In this document: positions 29,745 to 39,503 of the stretch, piece by piece
How positions within the stretch are numbered: the first letter of the stretch is position 1
How the letters are laid out: each line of letters opens with the position of its first letter
Position numbers and translations under genes: made by a program
The notes under the pieces: model-generated
What the model was told of the DNA's origin: nothing
What the model saw: the letters and a program-made list of their open reading frames with translations, nothing else
Database searches by the model: none
Assembly (NCBI GenBank): GCA_050952645.1
Contig: JBMNLI010000012.1
Location: forward strand, 192,001-256,000
Direction of reading: 5' to 3'
Length of the DNA stretch: 64,000 bases
DNA from: Bdellovibrionota bacterium
Lineage (GTDB): Bacteria > Bdellovibrionota_C > UBA2361 > CAKMMH01

Positions 29745-31040
29745 ATGAACGTTTGCCTAAAATCTTTCGAGAATAAAAAAATTCTAATAGTCGATGATGA
29801 AGAAAGCATTAGAAAAATTTTACAAAGCATATTTGAAGATGCAGGTTTCAAAGTTTTCTTAGCAAAAGATGGTGATGAAGCTATAAAACAAGTAGAGGAT
29901 AATAACCCAGATTTAGTATTTTTAGATATATGGATGCCAGGGAAAGATGGGCTTGAAGTTATGGAAATTTTAAAAGAAAAGAGAAAAGATCTTCCTATAA
30001 TTATGATTAGTGGACACGCTACTATCGCTACCGCCGTTAAGGCAACTCAAGAAGGAGCCTTTGATTTTATAGAAAAACCTTTAGATTTAGACTTGATATT
30101 AAACACTGTCGAAAAGGCTTTAAACTCAAAAGGAGATCTCTCTAGAAATGATGCGAAGCTAGAAAATAGAAAAATAAACAATATCGTTTTTCAAAATCAA
30201 GCGATGAAAGGTAAAAAAATCCCACAAAGAACTTTAAAAACGAGTGCAGTTTTATACGGTTTAGGTTTACATTCTGGCAAAAAAACTGGAATCATCTTAG
30301 AGCCACTTCCAGCAAACTCTGGAATCCATTTTGAAGGTATCACAGAAGAGGCTGTAATTCCAGCGCATATAGATTTTGTATCTTCGACAGGATTTGCTAC
30401 AACATTAAAATTAGGAGATAAACAAGTAGCTACCATAGAACATATGATGTCGTCTTTAAGTGCTTATAGAATTTCAAACCTTTTAATAAAATGCAATGGT
30501 GAAGTTCCCGTAATGGACGGCTCATCGATAGAATTTTGCAAACTTATAGAAAATGTAGGTATCGTAGAGCAAGAGGGAGATTGGTATGAAATAAAAATTG
30601 ATGAGACGCTTAAAATAGAAGATGGGCAGAAATCGATAACCGTAGAAAAGGCTGATATACCAAGTATAAAATATATTCTTGAATATCCAGAACCGCTAGG
30701 AAGACAAGAAGTCGAGTTTGTTATGAATGATGTAGAGGTTTATAAAAAAGAAATAGCAACCGCTAGAACGTTTGGTTTTGTAAAGGATATAAATATGCTC
30801 CAAGATAAGGGGCTTGCACAAGGTGGGCAATTTAATAATTTTGTATTATATGGTGGTGAAGGCCCTATAAATTCTGAATTACACTTTAAAGATGAGGCTG
30901 CAAGACATAAAGTTTTAGATGCTATGGGTGATTTGTATTTATTAGGACGCCCAATTTGTGGTAAAATCACGGCCGTAATGACTGGGCATTCGGATAATAT
31001 AAAATTAGTAAAATTATTAAAAGAAAAAATGGAGTGTTAA
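29745..31040 (+). CDS. lpxC: Response-regulator receiver domain fused to UDP-3-O-acyl-GlcNAc deacetylase LpxC
   Basis: Residues ~10-126 form a REC domain (ILIVDDE, FLDIWMP, MISGH, FIEKP). From ~160 on it is LpxC (QRTL...GLHSG, TIEH, EVPVMDGS, ARTFGF, RHKVLDAMGDL, GH). Confidence 0.93.
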   Translation: MNVCLKSFENKKILIVDDEESIRKILQSIFEDAGFKVFLAKDGDEAIKQVEDNNPDLVFLDIWMPGKDGLEVMEILKEKRKDLPIIMISGHATIATAVKATQEGAFDFIEKPLDLDLILNTVEKALNSKGDLSRNDAKLENRKINNIVFQNQAMKGKKIPQRTLKTSAVLYGLGLHSGKKTGIILEPLPANSGIHFEGITEEAVIPAHIDFVSSTGFATTLKLGDKQVATIEHMMSSLSAYRISNLLIKCNGEVPVMDGSSIEFCKLIENVGIVEQEGDWYEIKIDETLKIEDGQKSITVEKADIPSIKYILEYPEPLGRQEVEFVMNDVEVYKKEIATARTFGFVKDINMLQDKGLAQGGQFNNFVLYGGEGPINSELHFKDEAARHKVLDAMGDLYLLGRPICGKITAVMTGHSDNIKLVKLLKEKMEC

Positions 31041-31112
31041 TTTTCTTTCGGGCTTCGTGTGAAGAACTATTAATTTTTAGAATTTAAAATCACCTTAAAA
31101 CGTCAAAGAATT
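31036..31112 (+). mobile_element. Right-end fragment of ISL3-type MITE
   Basis: GTTAATTTTCTTTCGGGCTTCGT...CACCTTAAAACGTCAAAGAATT matches the right part (about 41033-41109) of the 40887 copy. Confidence 0.75.
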
Positions 31113-31168
31113 ATTAAAGTTTTTTAAATTAAAAGTTTAAGTATAAAAATCAAAAGGAAGTAGTAGTA

Positions 31169-32185
31169 ATGTTTAGATTATTTTCACCTAATTTAGCTAT
31201 CGATTTAGGAACGGCTAATACGCTTTTTTACGAAAGTGGAACTGGAGTCGTTTTAAATGAACCATCAATGGTTGCGCTTTCCTATTTTGAAGGCAAACAA
31301 GAGATCGTCGCTATTGGTGCAGAGGCTAAACAGATGCTTGGTAGAACTCCCGAAGGGGTAGATGTTATAAGACCTATAAGAACTGGAGTTATAGCAGATT
31401 TTGATGTAGCAAGTAGAATGATAAAATATTTCTTAAATTCTGCTAGAAAAAAAAGAGCTTCTCTTATTAGACCATCGCATATCATTGTAGGAGTCCCTAG
31501 TGGAATTACAGAGGTTGAAAAACGTGCTATAAAAGATGCTCTCGAAGGAGAAGCAAGAGATATAAAGCTAATAGATGAGGCGATGGCGGCAGCCATTGGG
31601 TGTAATCTTCCAGTGACGGAGGCTACTGCATCTATGATAGTCGATATAGGCGGCGGGACTACAGATATTGCAGTTATAAGTCTCTCAGATATAGTCTACT
31701 CAACATCTATTAGGCAAGGGGGAGACGCTATGGACGAGGCTATAATAAATTACATCAAAAGAAAACATAGAATTTTTATAGGAGAGTCAACCGCAGAGCT
31801 TATAAAAATGACTATCGGTTCTGCGCATAAAACTTACGATAATCAACAAGTAGAGGTAAGAGGAAGAGATTTGTCAACGGGCGTCCCAGGAACAGTTGTA
31901 ATAAGTGGGATAGAGATAAGAGAGGCGATTTTTGAGGTTATCTCAAACATTATAGAAGCTATCAAGCAAGTTTTAGAAAATACTCTTCCAGAGCTTTCAG
32001 GGGATATCTTATCGTCGGGAATTTCATTTGCTGGAGGTGGCGCTTTAATTAGAGGATTAGATAAAAGAATACTAGAAACTTTAGATATAAAGGCAAATAT
32101 TGCTCCAGACCCACTTTCTATGGTAGTAAGCGGTATAGGTAAATGCTTAGAAGACCCTAAAATGTATAAAGACGTATTTTTATAA
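31169..32185 (+). CDS. mreB: Rod shape-determining actin-like protein MreB (stand-alone)
   Basis: LAIDLGTANT, VVLNEPS, IRPI..GVIADF, VDIGGGTT and GGGALIRG motifs. Confidence 0.93.
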   Translation: MFRLFSPNLAIDLGTANTLFYESGTGVVLNEPSMVALSYFEGKQEIVAIGAEAKQMLGRTPEGVDVIRPIRTGVIADFDVASRMIKYFLNSARKKRASLIRPSHIIVGVPSGITEVEKRAIKDALEGEARDIKLIDEAMAAAIGCNLPVTEATASMIVDIGGGTTDIAVISLSDIVYSTSIRQGGDAMDEAIINYIKRKHRIFIGESTAELIKMTIGSAHKTYDNQQVEVRGRDLSTGVPGTVVISGIEIREAIFEVISNIIEAIKQVLENTLPELSGDILSSGISFAGGGALIRGLDKRILETLDIKANIAPDPLSMVVSGIGKCLEDPKMYKDVFL

Positions 32186-32257
32186 GAGTTTTTTAAAAAC
32201 TATATTTCTTTAAGGTTAAAAGTTTTAAGATTAAAAGTTTAAGAATTAAAAATTTCT

Positions 32258-33718
32258 TTAAGGATTAAAAAGCGGCACTGGGGAGCCGAGAGTTTTATTT
32301 AAATCTGCATCACCATCTAATTTTATTACAGATTTTTTAGAGTTTCTTTTTATAATTTCTCTCATTGCTTGCTCTCTATCTAGTTCTTGCTCCTTTGCTT
32401 TACTAGGAGAGTTGGTTTTATCATTTAATGAGTTTAAATTATCTTTTTTAATAATTTCCTTATCGCCTATTTCTTTTTCTGTAGTAATGCTTTTAGTTTT
32501 TTTCTCATTTATTTTAATATTTATTCGTTCATTTATTTGTTCATTTATTCTTTCATTAATGATTTGCTCATTTATTTGATTGTCGATTTGCTTATTTATA
32601 TCTTCAAAAACTTTTACTTTTTCTTTTACATTATTTTTAGAAACTTTTATAAGTTCTTCGATATTAAAATTCATTCTTAAAGTAATACGCCTATTTTTAG
32701 GTGATAATGGGTCGTCTTTTATTTTTAAATCTCTATCTGCACGACCTTGAACGCTTATAATTCTACTAGGTGCAATGCCAGCATCTTCTAAAATTCTTCT
32801 AGCAGAGTTAGCTCTTTCTGAGGATAATTCCCAGTTAGAATAATTGCTTTTTCCAGAATAAGGACGGGCATCAGTGTGTCCTACAATCTCAAAATTATTA
32901 GGAAGTTCTTTTAAAGTAGATGCTATCTCGTAAAGTGCATCTTTAGACTCTTTTCTCATTTTAGAACTACCTAGTGGAAACATTGAAGTTTTTTGAGTAT
33001 CGATTATATCGATATTTATAGCAGTACCATCGACGGATATTTCTACATCTCCTAAAAAGTCCTTAAGTTGTTGAGTAGCTTTTAATTGATTGCCATTTGA
33101 AAAAGCTTCCTTTGCTAATTTCTCATCTATCTTAGTCTCTATTTGAGTTTTTAATTCGCCTAAGGCTTGAAGTTGCTGTAAACTAGAAAGCGTTTTTATA
33201 TCGATACCACTAGTGCTAGCTTCAAGAGCTACATTTCCGTCTTTATCTCCTTTTCCTTGTCCTTTTCCTTGTCCTTGTCCTTGTCCTAGCCCTTGTTCTT
33301 TTCCATCTTCTAGACCTTTATCTAAATCTTCATTTAAATCTTCGTTTAAATCTTCATAGTCTTCGAGATTCATAAAAGTATCATCCTTAGTGCCGTCCTC
33401 ATTTACCTTATTTTGAGTTTTAGTAAACTTATCTCCCGATTTAGACTTTGGTTGATACCCTTTATCTGGAAGAAGTCCACTTGCACCTAAATCGAGAGGG
33501 CTACCGTGTTTAGTTAAACTAAAAATCCCAGGGTCTTTAAAATATTCTGAAATACCTTTTTTAGTAGTTGCATTAGTAGTAGAAACTAGCCACATAACTA
33601 GAAAGAAACACATCATAGAGGTAATAAAGTCCGAGTATGCAACTTTCCATGCTCCCCCGTGATGTGCCGCATGTTTGCCCTTTTTCTTTACTATGATTAT
33701 AGGTTGTTCTTCAGACAT
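32258..33718 (-). CDS. motB: Flagellar stator protein MotB (extended)
   Basis: HHGGAWKVAYSDF with the conserved Asp; OmpA-like domain GHTDARPY, NWELSSERANSAR and NRRI. Confidence 0.93.
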   Translation of the reverse strand: MSEEQPIIIVKKKGKHAAHHGGAWKVAYSDFITSMMCFFLVMWLVSTTNATTKKGISEYFKDPGIFSLTKHGSPLDLGASGLLPDKGYQPKSKSGDKFTKTQNKVNEDGTKDDTFMNLEDYEDLNEDLNEDLDKGLEDGKEQGLGQGQGQGKGQGKGDKDGNVALEASTSGIDIKTLSSLQQLQALGELKTQIETKIDEKLAKEAFSNGNQLKATQQLKDFLGDVEISVDGTAINIDIIDTQKTSMFPLGSSKMRKESKDALYEIASTLKELPNNFEIVGHTDARPYSGKSNYSNWELSSERANSARRILEDAGIAPSRIISVQGRADRDLKIKDDPLSPKNRRITLRMNFNIEELIKVSKNNVKEKVKVFEDINKQIDNQINEQIINERINEQINERINIKINEKKTKSITTEKEIGDKEIIKKDNLNSLNDKTNSPSKAKEQELDREQAMREIIKRNSKKSVIKLDGDADLNKTLGSPVPLFNP

Positions 33719-33743
33719 TTTATTTTAAAAACCCTTTTAATAA

Positions 33744-34604
33744 TTAAACCTTTTTAGCATCTCTCATTAGCTCTTCTAGTTCTGCACTAGTAGGTCTAAA
33801 TGTAGATGGAATAGTTTTTCTTGAAAACTCTAAAGCTACAACTGGAGGGGCACCACCTGCAAACGATACGAGCCCTGCTTGCACACATTTTAAAATAGTC
33901 GTGTTATCATAAAGGATGCTCTCGAGTTTAGTTGCTATTGGTCCTACGATACCATAACTTAAAAATATACCTAACATGGTTCCTACTAGAGCGGCTGCAA
34001 CGTGATGTCCGATAACCTCAGGAGACTCAGTTAAAAATTGCATAGTAATAATAATACCTAGCACCGCTGCAACGATACCAATTCCAGGGAATGCATCGGC
34101 AAGTTTATTTATTGCACTAGGATATTGACTTTCTTCTTCATGGTGAGTTTCTATTTCAGTATCTAGTAATCTTTCTAAGTCGAATGCGTTTACTACGCCA
34201 TCTACAAATAACCTTAAAGCGCCTATTAAAGTTTCCATAACGTGATGGTTTTCTAGCACTGCTGGATATTTTGCAAACCTTGGACTAGTTTCAGGCGAAG
34301 CTATATCTTCTTCTATTCCAAGCACTCCATCTTTTCTAATAGTATCAAATAAACTTGAAAGTAGTCCTAGTAAATCCATGTAAGTTTTTTTGTTGATTCC
34401 ACTTCCTTTTATTGTAGTTAAAACTTTTGGAATAAGTTTTTTGCAAACGTGTCCTGGGTTTGCAATAATAACACTACAAATACCTATTCCAACGATAACG
34501 ATATACTCATAAGGTTGTAGCAATATTTCGATAGGTCCCCCAGGACCAGTTAAGCCTAAGAGAAGACATATAATAACACCGATAGTTCCTAATATAACAC
34601 TCAT
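33744..34604 (-). CDS. motA: Flagellar stator protein MotA
   Basis: LLQP.E, RKDGVL..E, PGIGIVAAVLG and AAALVGTMLG motifs. Confidence 0.95.
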   Translation of the reverse strand: MSVILGTIGVIICLLLGLTGPGGPIEILLQPYEYIVIVGIGICSVIIANPGHVCKKLIPKVLTTIKGSGINKKTYMDLLGLLSSLFDTIRKDGVLGIEEDIASPETSPRFAKYPAVLENHHVMETLIGALRLFVDGVVNAFDLERLLDTEIETHHEEESQYPSAINKLADAFPGIGIVAAVLGIIITMQFLTESPEVIGHHVAAALVGTMLGIFLSYGIVGPIATKLESILYDNTTILKCVQAGLVSFAGGAPPVVALEFSRKTIPSTFRPTSAELEELMRDAKKV

Positions 34605-34648
34605 TTAAGCCTCTTTATAATTTTTACTAAAAAAAATATCAAGTAAAA

Positions 34649-34675
34649 GTATCGGTAAGTTTAGAAAAGTTCTTA
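34649..34675 (-). promoter_or_regulatory. Putative sigma28 (FliA) promoter of motAB
   Basis: Minus strand TAAG-N15-ACCGATAC versus consensus TAAA-N15-GCCGATAA, 45 bp upstream of motA. Confidence 0.6.
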
Positions 34676-34858
34676 AATAGAGATTTTTAATGTAATAAAT
34701 CTTAAAATGCTGTTTTAAACTTTTAGTTTACTTAAAATAATGGTAATTTTATTATTAGCTGTTTTAGCAGTTTTTCGGTTTAAAAGAAAAATTAAAAGAA
34801 AAATTAAAAGAAAAAAATAAAAAAAACAAAAAAAAATAAAATAAGTAAGGCGAATTTT

Positions 34859-37640
34859 ATGGATAAAATTTACATTATAGACTCTTCTGGTTATATATTT
34901 AGGGCATTTTACGCTATAACTAATCTTACTACAAAATCGGGATTTCCGACTAACGCATTGTACGGCTTTTTAAAAATGTATATAAAACTATTAAAGGAAG
35001 CAGACCCAAAGTATATAGTTTCAGTGTTTGATACGGGAGAGAAGAATTTTAGACACGCCTTATATCCCGAATATAAAGCGAATAGGGCTAAATGCCCCGA
35101 TGAACTTTCGGTTCAAATGCCTTTTTTTAGAGATTTTGTTAATGCACTAGGTATAAAAGTATTAGAAAAAGTAGGCTTTGAGGCAGATGATATAATAGCA
35201 ACCGTTTCAGATAAGGCTAGTAGCCTTAATATGAGCGTTGAAATAGTATCTGCCGATAAAGACTTGATGCAGCTAGTAGGTGGCAATGTATCTATCTTTG
35301 ATACTATGAAAGATAAACATTACGATAAAGAAGAGGTAAAGGCTAAGTTTGGAATATACCCTGAAAAAATAAGAGATTATTTAGCACTAGTAGGAGATAG
35401 CTCTGATAATGTCCCTGGAATTAAAGGGCTAGGCCCTAAGACTGCTACTTTGCTTTTAGAAAATTATGAAAATATAGATAAAGTTTACTCATCACTTTCT
35501 ACGATAGAAAACGATAAAAGTATAAGAGGCGCTAAAAGTCTAGTAAAGAATTTACTAGATAATAAAGAAACTTTGCTTCTTAGCAAAAAGTTAGTATCCC
35601 TAGAGCGAAACGTTCCATTAAATTTTGATAACAAAGATTTTGAAAATTTTAATATAGAAGATTTTAAAAGCTTTTTTAAAAAAAGATAAACTAGACGATG
35701 ATGCGCTTTCTTTGTTAATAGAAAAGTTTGAGTTTCAAAGTCTATTTAAATCTTTTCTAGAAGATAAGCTATCTAGTAGCAATGTAAATATAAATACTAA
35801 AAAAGAAATTTCTAATGATTGCACTAATGATTGCTCTAATAATTACGAAGTAAAAACTATTTTTAAAGATGATATAAAAGATTTTATTTCACTTTTACAA
35901 AAGCAAAAATTTTTTGCTTTCGATGTCGAGACTACTTCGCTAGATATATTTAAAGCAAAGATAGTGGGAGTATCTTTCTGTTTTGATAATGATAAAGCAT
36001 ACTACGTGCCGCTACTTCATGAAGTTATTTTTTCTGAGAATAAACAAATCTCTGTAGAGGAGTTTATAAAACTTATAAAAGATATTTTAGAAAATGATAA
36101 TATTAAAAAAACTGGGCATAATTTAAAATTTGATATAGAGATTTTCAAAAATCATGGTGTAGACGTTTTAGGAATAGTTTTTGACTCTATGATAGCCTCT
36201 TACCTTTTAAACCCAGATGATGTTTCATTTTCACTATCACGAGTAGTAAAAAAATATCTTGGCCACGATTGTATAGAATATAAAGATGTCGTAGGAAAAA
36301 AGAAAAATTTTTCAGAGGTTGATATCGAAACTGCTTCAAAGTATTCAGCAGAAGATGCGTATTTTTCTTTTATATTGTATTTAAAATTAAACGATGAGCT
36401 AACGAAAAAAGATCTTTTAAAAGTATTTTACGAAATAGACTTGCCACTTTTAAATGTTCTTGCCACAATGGAGTTAAATGGAGTTTATATCGATACTCAG
36501 CAATTAAGAAAAAGTTCTATGTTTTTTGCAAAAGAGTTAGAAATTTTAGAACAAGAAATTTATGAGCTTGCAGGTAGCACTTTTAATATAAATTCTCCTA
36601 AACAATTAAGTTATATCTTATTTGAAAAATTAAATATTAGCACAGCTGGGCTTAAAAAAACTCAATTCGGTTTTTCAACCGATGTAAACACTCTTGAAAA
36701 ATTAAAAAACATTCACCCAATAGCTGAAAAGCTATTAAAGTATAGAGGGATTTTTAAGTTAAAGAGTACTTATTTAGATGCACTTCCAGAGTTTGTATCC
36801 TCTAAAACTAATAGGTTGCATACTAGGTATAATCAAGCAGGCACTGGCACTGGGAGGCTTTCAAGTTCAGACCCTAATTTGCAAAATATTCCTATTAAAA
36901 CTTTAGAGGGAAGAAAAATAAGGAGTGCTTTTTTAGCTCCAAGCGAAAAGGTGATAATATCCGCCGACTATTCGCAAGTTGAGCTTAGAGTGCTAGCCCA
37001 TATGAGCAAAGATAAGACGTTAATAGAGGCTTTTAATAAAGGAGAGGATATTCATACTAAAACTGCAAAATTTATATTTGAGCTAAAGGCTACGGATACG
37101 CCGACGCAAGAGCAAAGAAGATTTGCTAAAGTTATAAACTTTGGTTTAATTTATGGTATGAGTGCTTACGGGCTATCTAACGAGCTTTCTATTAGCGTTC
37201 AAACTGCTAAAAAATATATAGACGGTTTCTTTAATAAGTATTTTGGAGTTAAAGAATATTTTGATAAGCTTTTAAAAGATGTAGAGAGCTTAGGCTACGT
37301 ATCTACGATGTTTGGAAGAAAAAGGTTTGTTTCTTCTCTTTTTAGTGATAATAAAAACAAAGGATATTTAAATAGAATGGCTATTAATGCGCCTATTCAA
37401 GGCACTGCGGCGGATATAATAAAATTGGCTATGATTAGTATTCATAATGAAATAATAGATAGAAATCTAAAATTAAAAATGATATTGCAAATACACGATG
37501 AACTCGTATTTGAATGCGATGAAAGTTTTAAAGATGAGGCGATAAGTTTTATAAAAACACAAATGGAAAGTATAACTTTGCTAGACGTTCCATTAAAAGT
37601 AGATGTAGGGAGTGGGGCGTCTTGGGAAGATGCTCATTAA
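34859..37640 (+). CDS. polA: DNA polymerase I, split by one extra base in the T6A7 run at 35672-35684
   Basis: 5'-3' exonuclease ORF (34859-35689) followed by the 3'-5' exonuclease/polymerase ORF (DYSQVELR, KVINFGLIYG, QIHDEL). Removing one base gives a continuous SFFKKDKLDDDALSLLIEKFEF. Confidence 0.92.
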
Positions 37641-37766
37641 GAATAAAAATTCGCTATACGTTAAAGCTAAGAGCTACATAGTTTTTTAGATAAGCGCTGC
37701 TTAAAATCGTCTAAACGCCTTGTTAAAAATATAAAGTAATTTATAATATTTTTTTTAGTATATTTT

Positions 37767-37796
37767 GGTTCTTAACGTTTTAAGCGTTAAAGAACT
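37767..37796. repeat. Minimal MITE derivative made of two fused terminal inverted repeats
   Basis: GGTTCTTAACGTTTTAAGCGTTAAAGAACT, directly before the 37804 copy. Confidence 0.55.
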
Positions 37797-37803
37797 AATA
37801 TTT

Positions 37804-38028
37804 GGTTCTTTGACGTTTTAGGTGGGTTAGAAAAATTGTTTTTTTTAGGTTAGCTTAAAAGAAAATTGACTTTTTTATAAAACTAGTTATAGTTTCAAAA
37901 AAAAATTACAGCTATATTTAAAGTTAATTTATTTTATGCAAATTTCTTTAAAGTCAATTTTCTTTTGGGCGTGTGGGCTGAGTGATACTAATTTTAAGGT
38001 CTTTAACCCACTTAAAACGTGAAGAGCC
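37804..38028 (+). mobile_element. ISL3-type MITE, long form (225 bp)
   Basis: Ends GGTTCTTTGACGTTTTAGGTGGGTTAG and AACCCACTTAAAACGTGAAGAGCC; perfect 8-bp target duplication TAATATTT (37796-37803, 38029-38036); no ORF. Confidence 0.9.
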
Positions 38029-38064
38029 TAATATTTTAAGCTTATATTATGGAGTTGATTTACA

Positions 38065-39468
38065 ATGTTTAATTCGATAGACCAAATAGCTTCTTTTGCA
38101 AAAGATAAAGGCTTTATATATCCATCATCTGAAATATATGGGAAATTTGCTGGAGTTTACGATTATGGATATTATGGTTCGCTATTAAAAAATAATATTC
38201 AAAATGCTTGGATAAAAGAAATGGTGCAAAAAAGAAGAGATATCGTACTTATAGACTCTGCTATTTTTATGCATCCTACAACTTGGAAAGCTTCGGGGCA
38301 TATCGACTCTTTTGAAGACCCACAGATAGATTGTAAACATTGTAAAGCTAGACATCGTGCAGATATTTTGCTTGAAGCTTATGGAATAAATGCTGATAAA
38401 CTTCCAATTGAGGAAATAAATCAAATAATAGAAGATTTAAAGAAAAAGGGGACGGTCGTAAAATGTCCGATATGTGGGAGTGTCGACCTTACTCAAGCAA
38501 AAGAGTTTAGTTTAATGGTAAAAAGTAATTTAGGGGCACCAACTGATAAATTAAGTGAAGAAAATGTAGTTTATCTAAGGGCTGAAACTTGCCAGGGTAT
38601 ATATTTAAATTTTAAAAACGTTTTAAATTCGACTAGGATAGCTCCTCCATTTGGTATAGCGCAAGTAGGTAAGGCGTTTAGAAATGAGATTATTGCTAGG
38701 CAATTTGTTTTTAGAACTAGAGAGTTCGAGCAAATGGAGATGCAGTATTTTTGTCATAAAGATTTAGTAAAGGAAACGTACGAAGAGTTTAAAGATTTAA
38801 GGATGAAATGGTTTAAAGAATATGGGCTTCCTGCAAGTTCGCTTAGGTTTTCTAAGCATTTAAAATTAGCTCACTATGCTAGCGAGGCTTATGATATCGA
38901 GTATAAATTTAATTCACTAGGTGATTTTAGAGAAATTGAAGGGCTTCATGCTAGAGGAGATTGGGATTTATCTCAGCATGCTAAATTTTCGGGGGCTAAA
39001 TTAGATTACTTAGATCCTAAAACTAATGAGAGATATATTCCTCACGTAGTAGAGACGTCTTGTGGGCTAAACAGAACGCTTCTTGCTTTTATCGATAATG
39101 CTTACACGGTTGAAGCGTTAGAAGATGGAAGTAAAAGAAATGTTTTAAAGCTAGACTATAGGCTTTCCCCTATAAAGGTTGCAGTGTTTCCACTATTAAA
39201 AAATAAACCTGAGTTAGTAAATAAAGCTAGTGAGGTTTATGATATTGTAAGTAAAGATTTTATGGCAGAGTTTGATGATAATGGGAATATTGGAAAGCGT
39301 TATCGTAGGCAAGATGAGATAGGAACTCCTTTTTGTATTACGGTAGATTTTGATACTTTAGAAAGCAAAGAGTTTAAGAACACCGTAACTTTGCGAAATA
39401 GAGATACTATGAAACAAGATAGAGTAAGCATCGAAAATATAAACGAGTTTTTAAAGGATAATTTGTAA
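38065..39468 (+). CDS. glyQS: Glycine--tRNA ligase, homodimeric (alpha2) type
   Basis: YLRAETCQG, FRNEI, FRTREFEQME and IGKRYRRQDEIGTPFCITVD motifs. Confidence 0.95.
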   Translation: MFNSIDQIASFAKDKGFIYPSSEIYGKFAGVYDYGYYGSLLKNNIQNAWIKEMVQKRRDIVLIDSAIFMHPTTWKASGHIDSFEDPQIDCKHCKARHRADILLEAYGINADKLPIEEINQIIEDLKKKGTVVKCPICGSVDLTQAKEFSLMVKSNLGAPTDKLSEENVVYLRAETCQGIYLNFKNVLNSTRIAPPFGIAQVGKAFRNEIIARQFVFRTREFEQMEMQYFCHKDLVKETYEEFKDLRMKWFKEYGLPASSLRFSKHLKLAHYASEAYDIEYKFNSLGDFREIEGLHARGDWDLSQHAKFSGAKLDYLDPKTNERYIPHVVETSCGLNRTLLAFIDNAYTVEALEDGSKRNVLKLDYRLSPIKVAVFPLLKNKPELVNKASEVYDIVSKDFMAEFDDNGNIGKRYRRQDEIGTPFCITVDFDTLESKEFKNTVTLRNRDTMKQDRVSIENINEFLKDNL

Positions 39469-39503
39469 ATTTTAAGTTTTAGTAAATTGGAGTTTTTTAT
39501 AAT

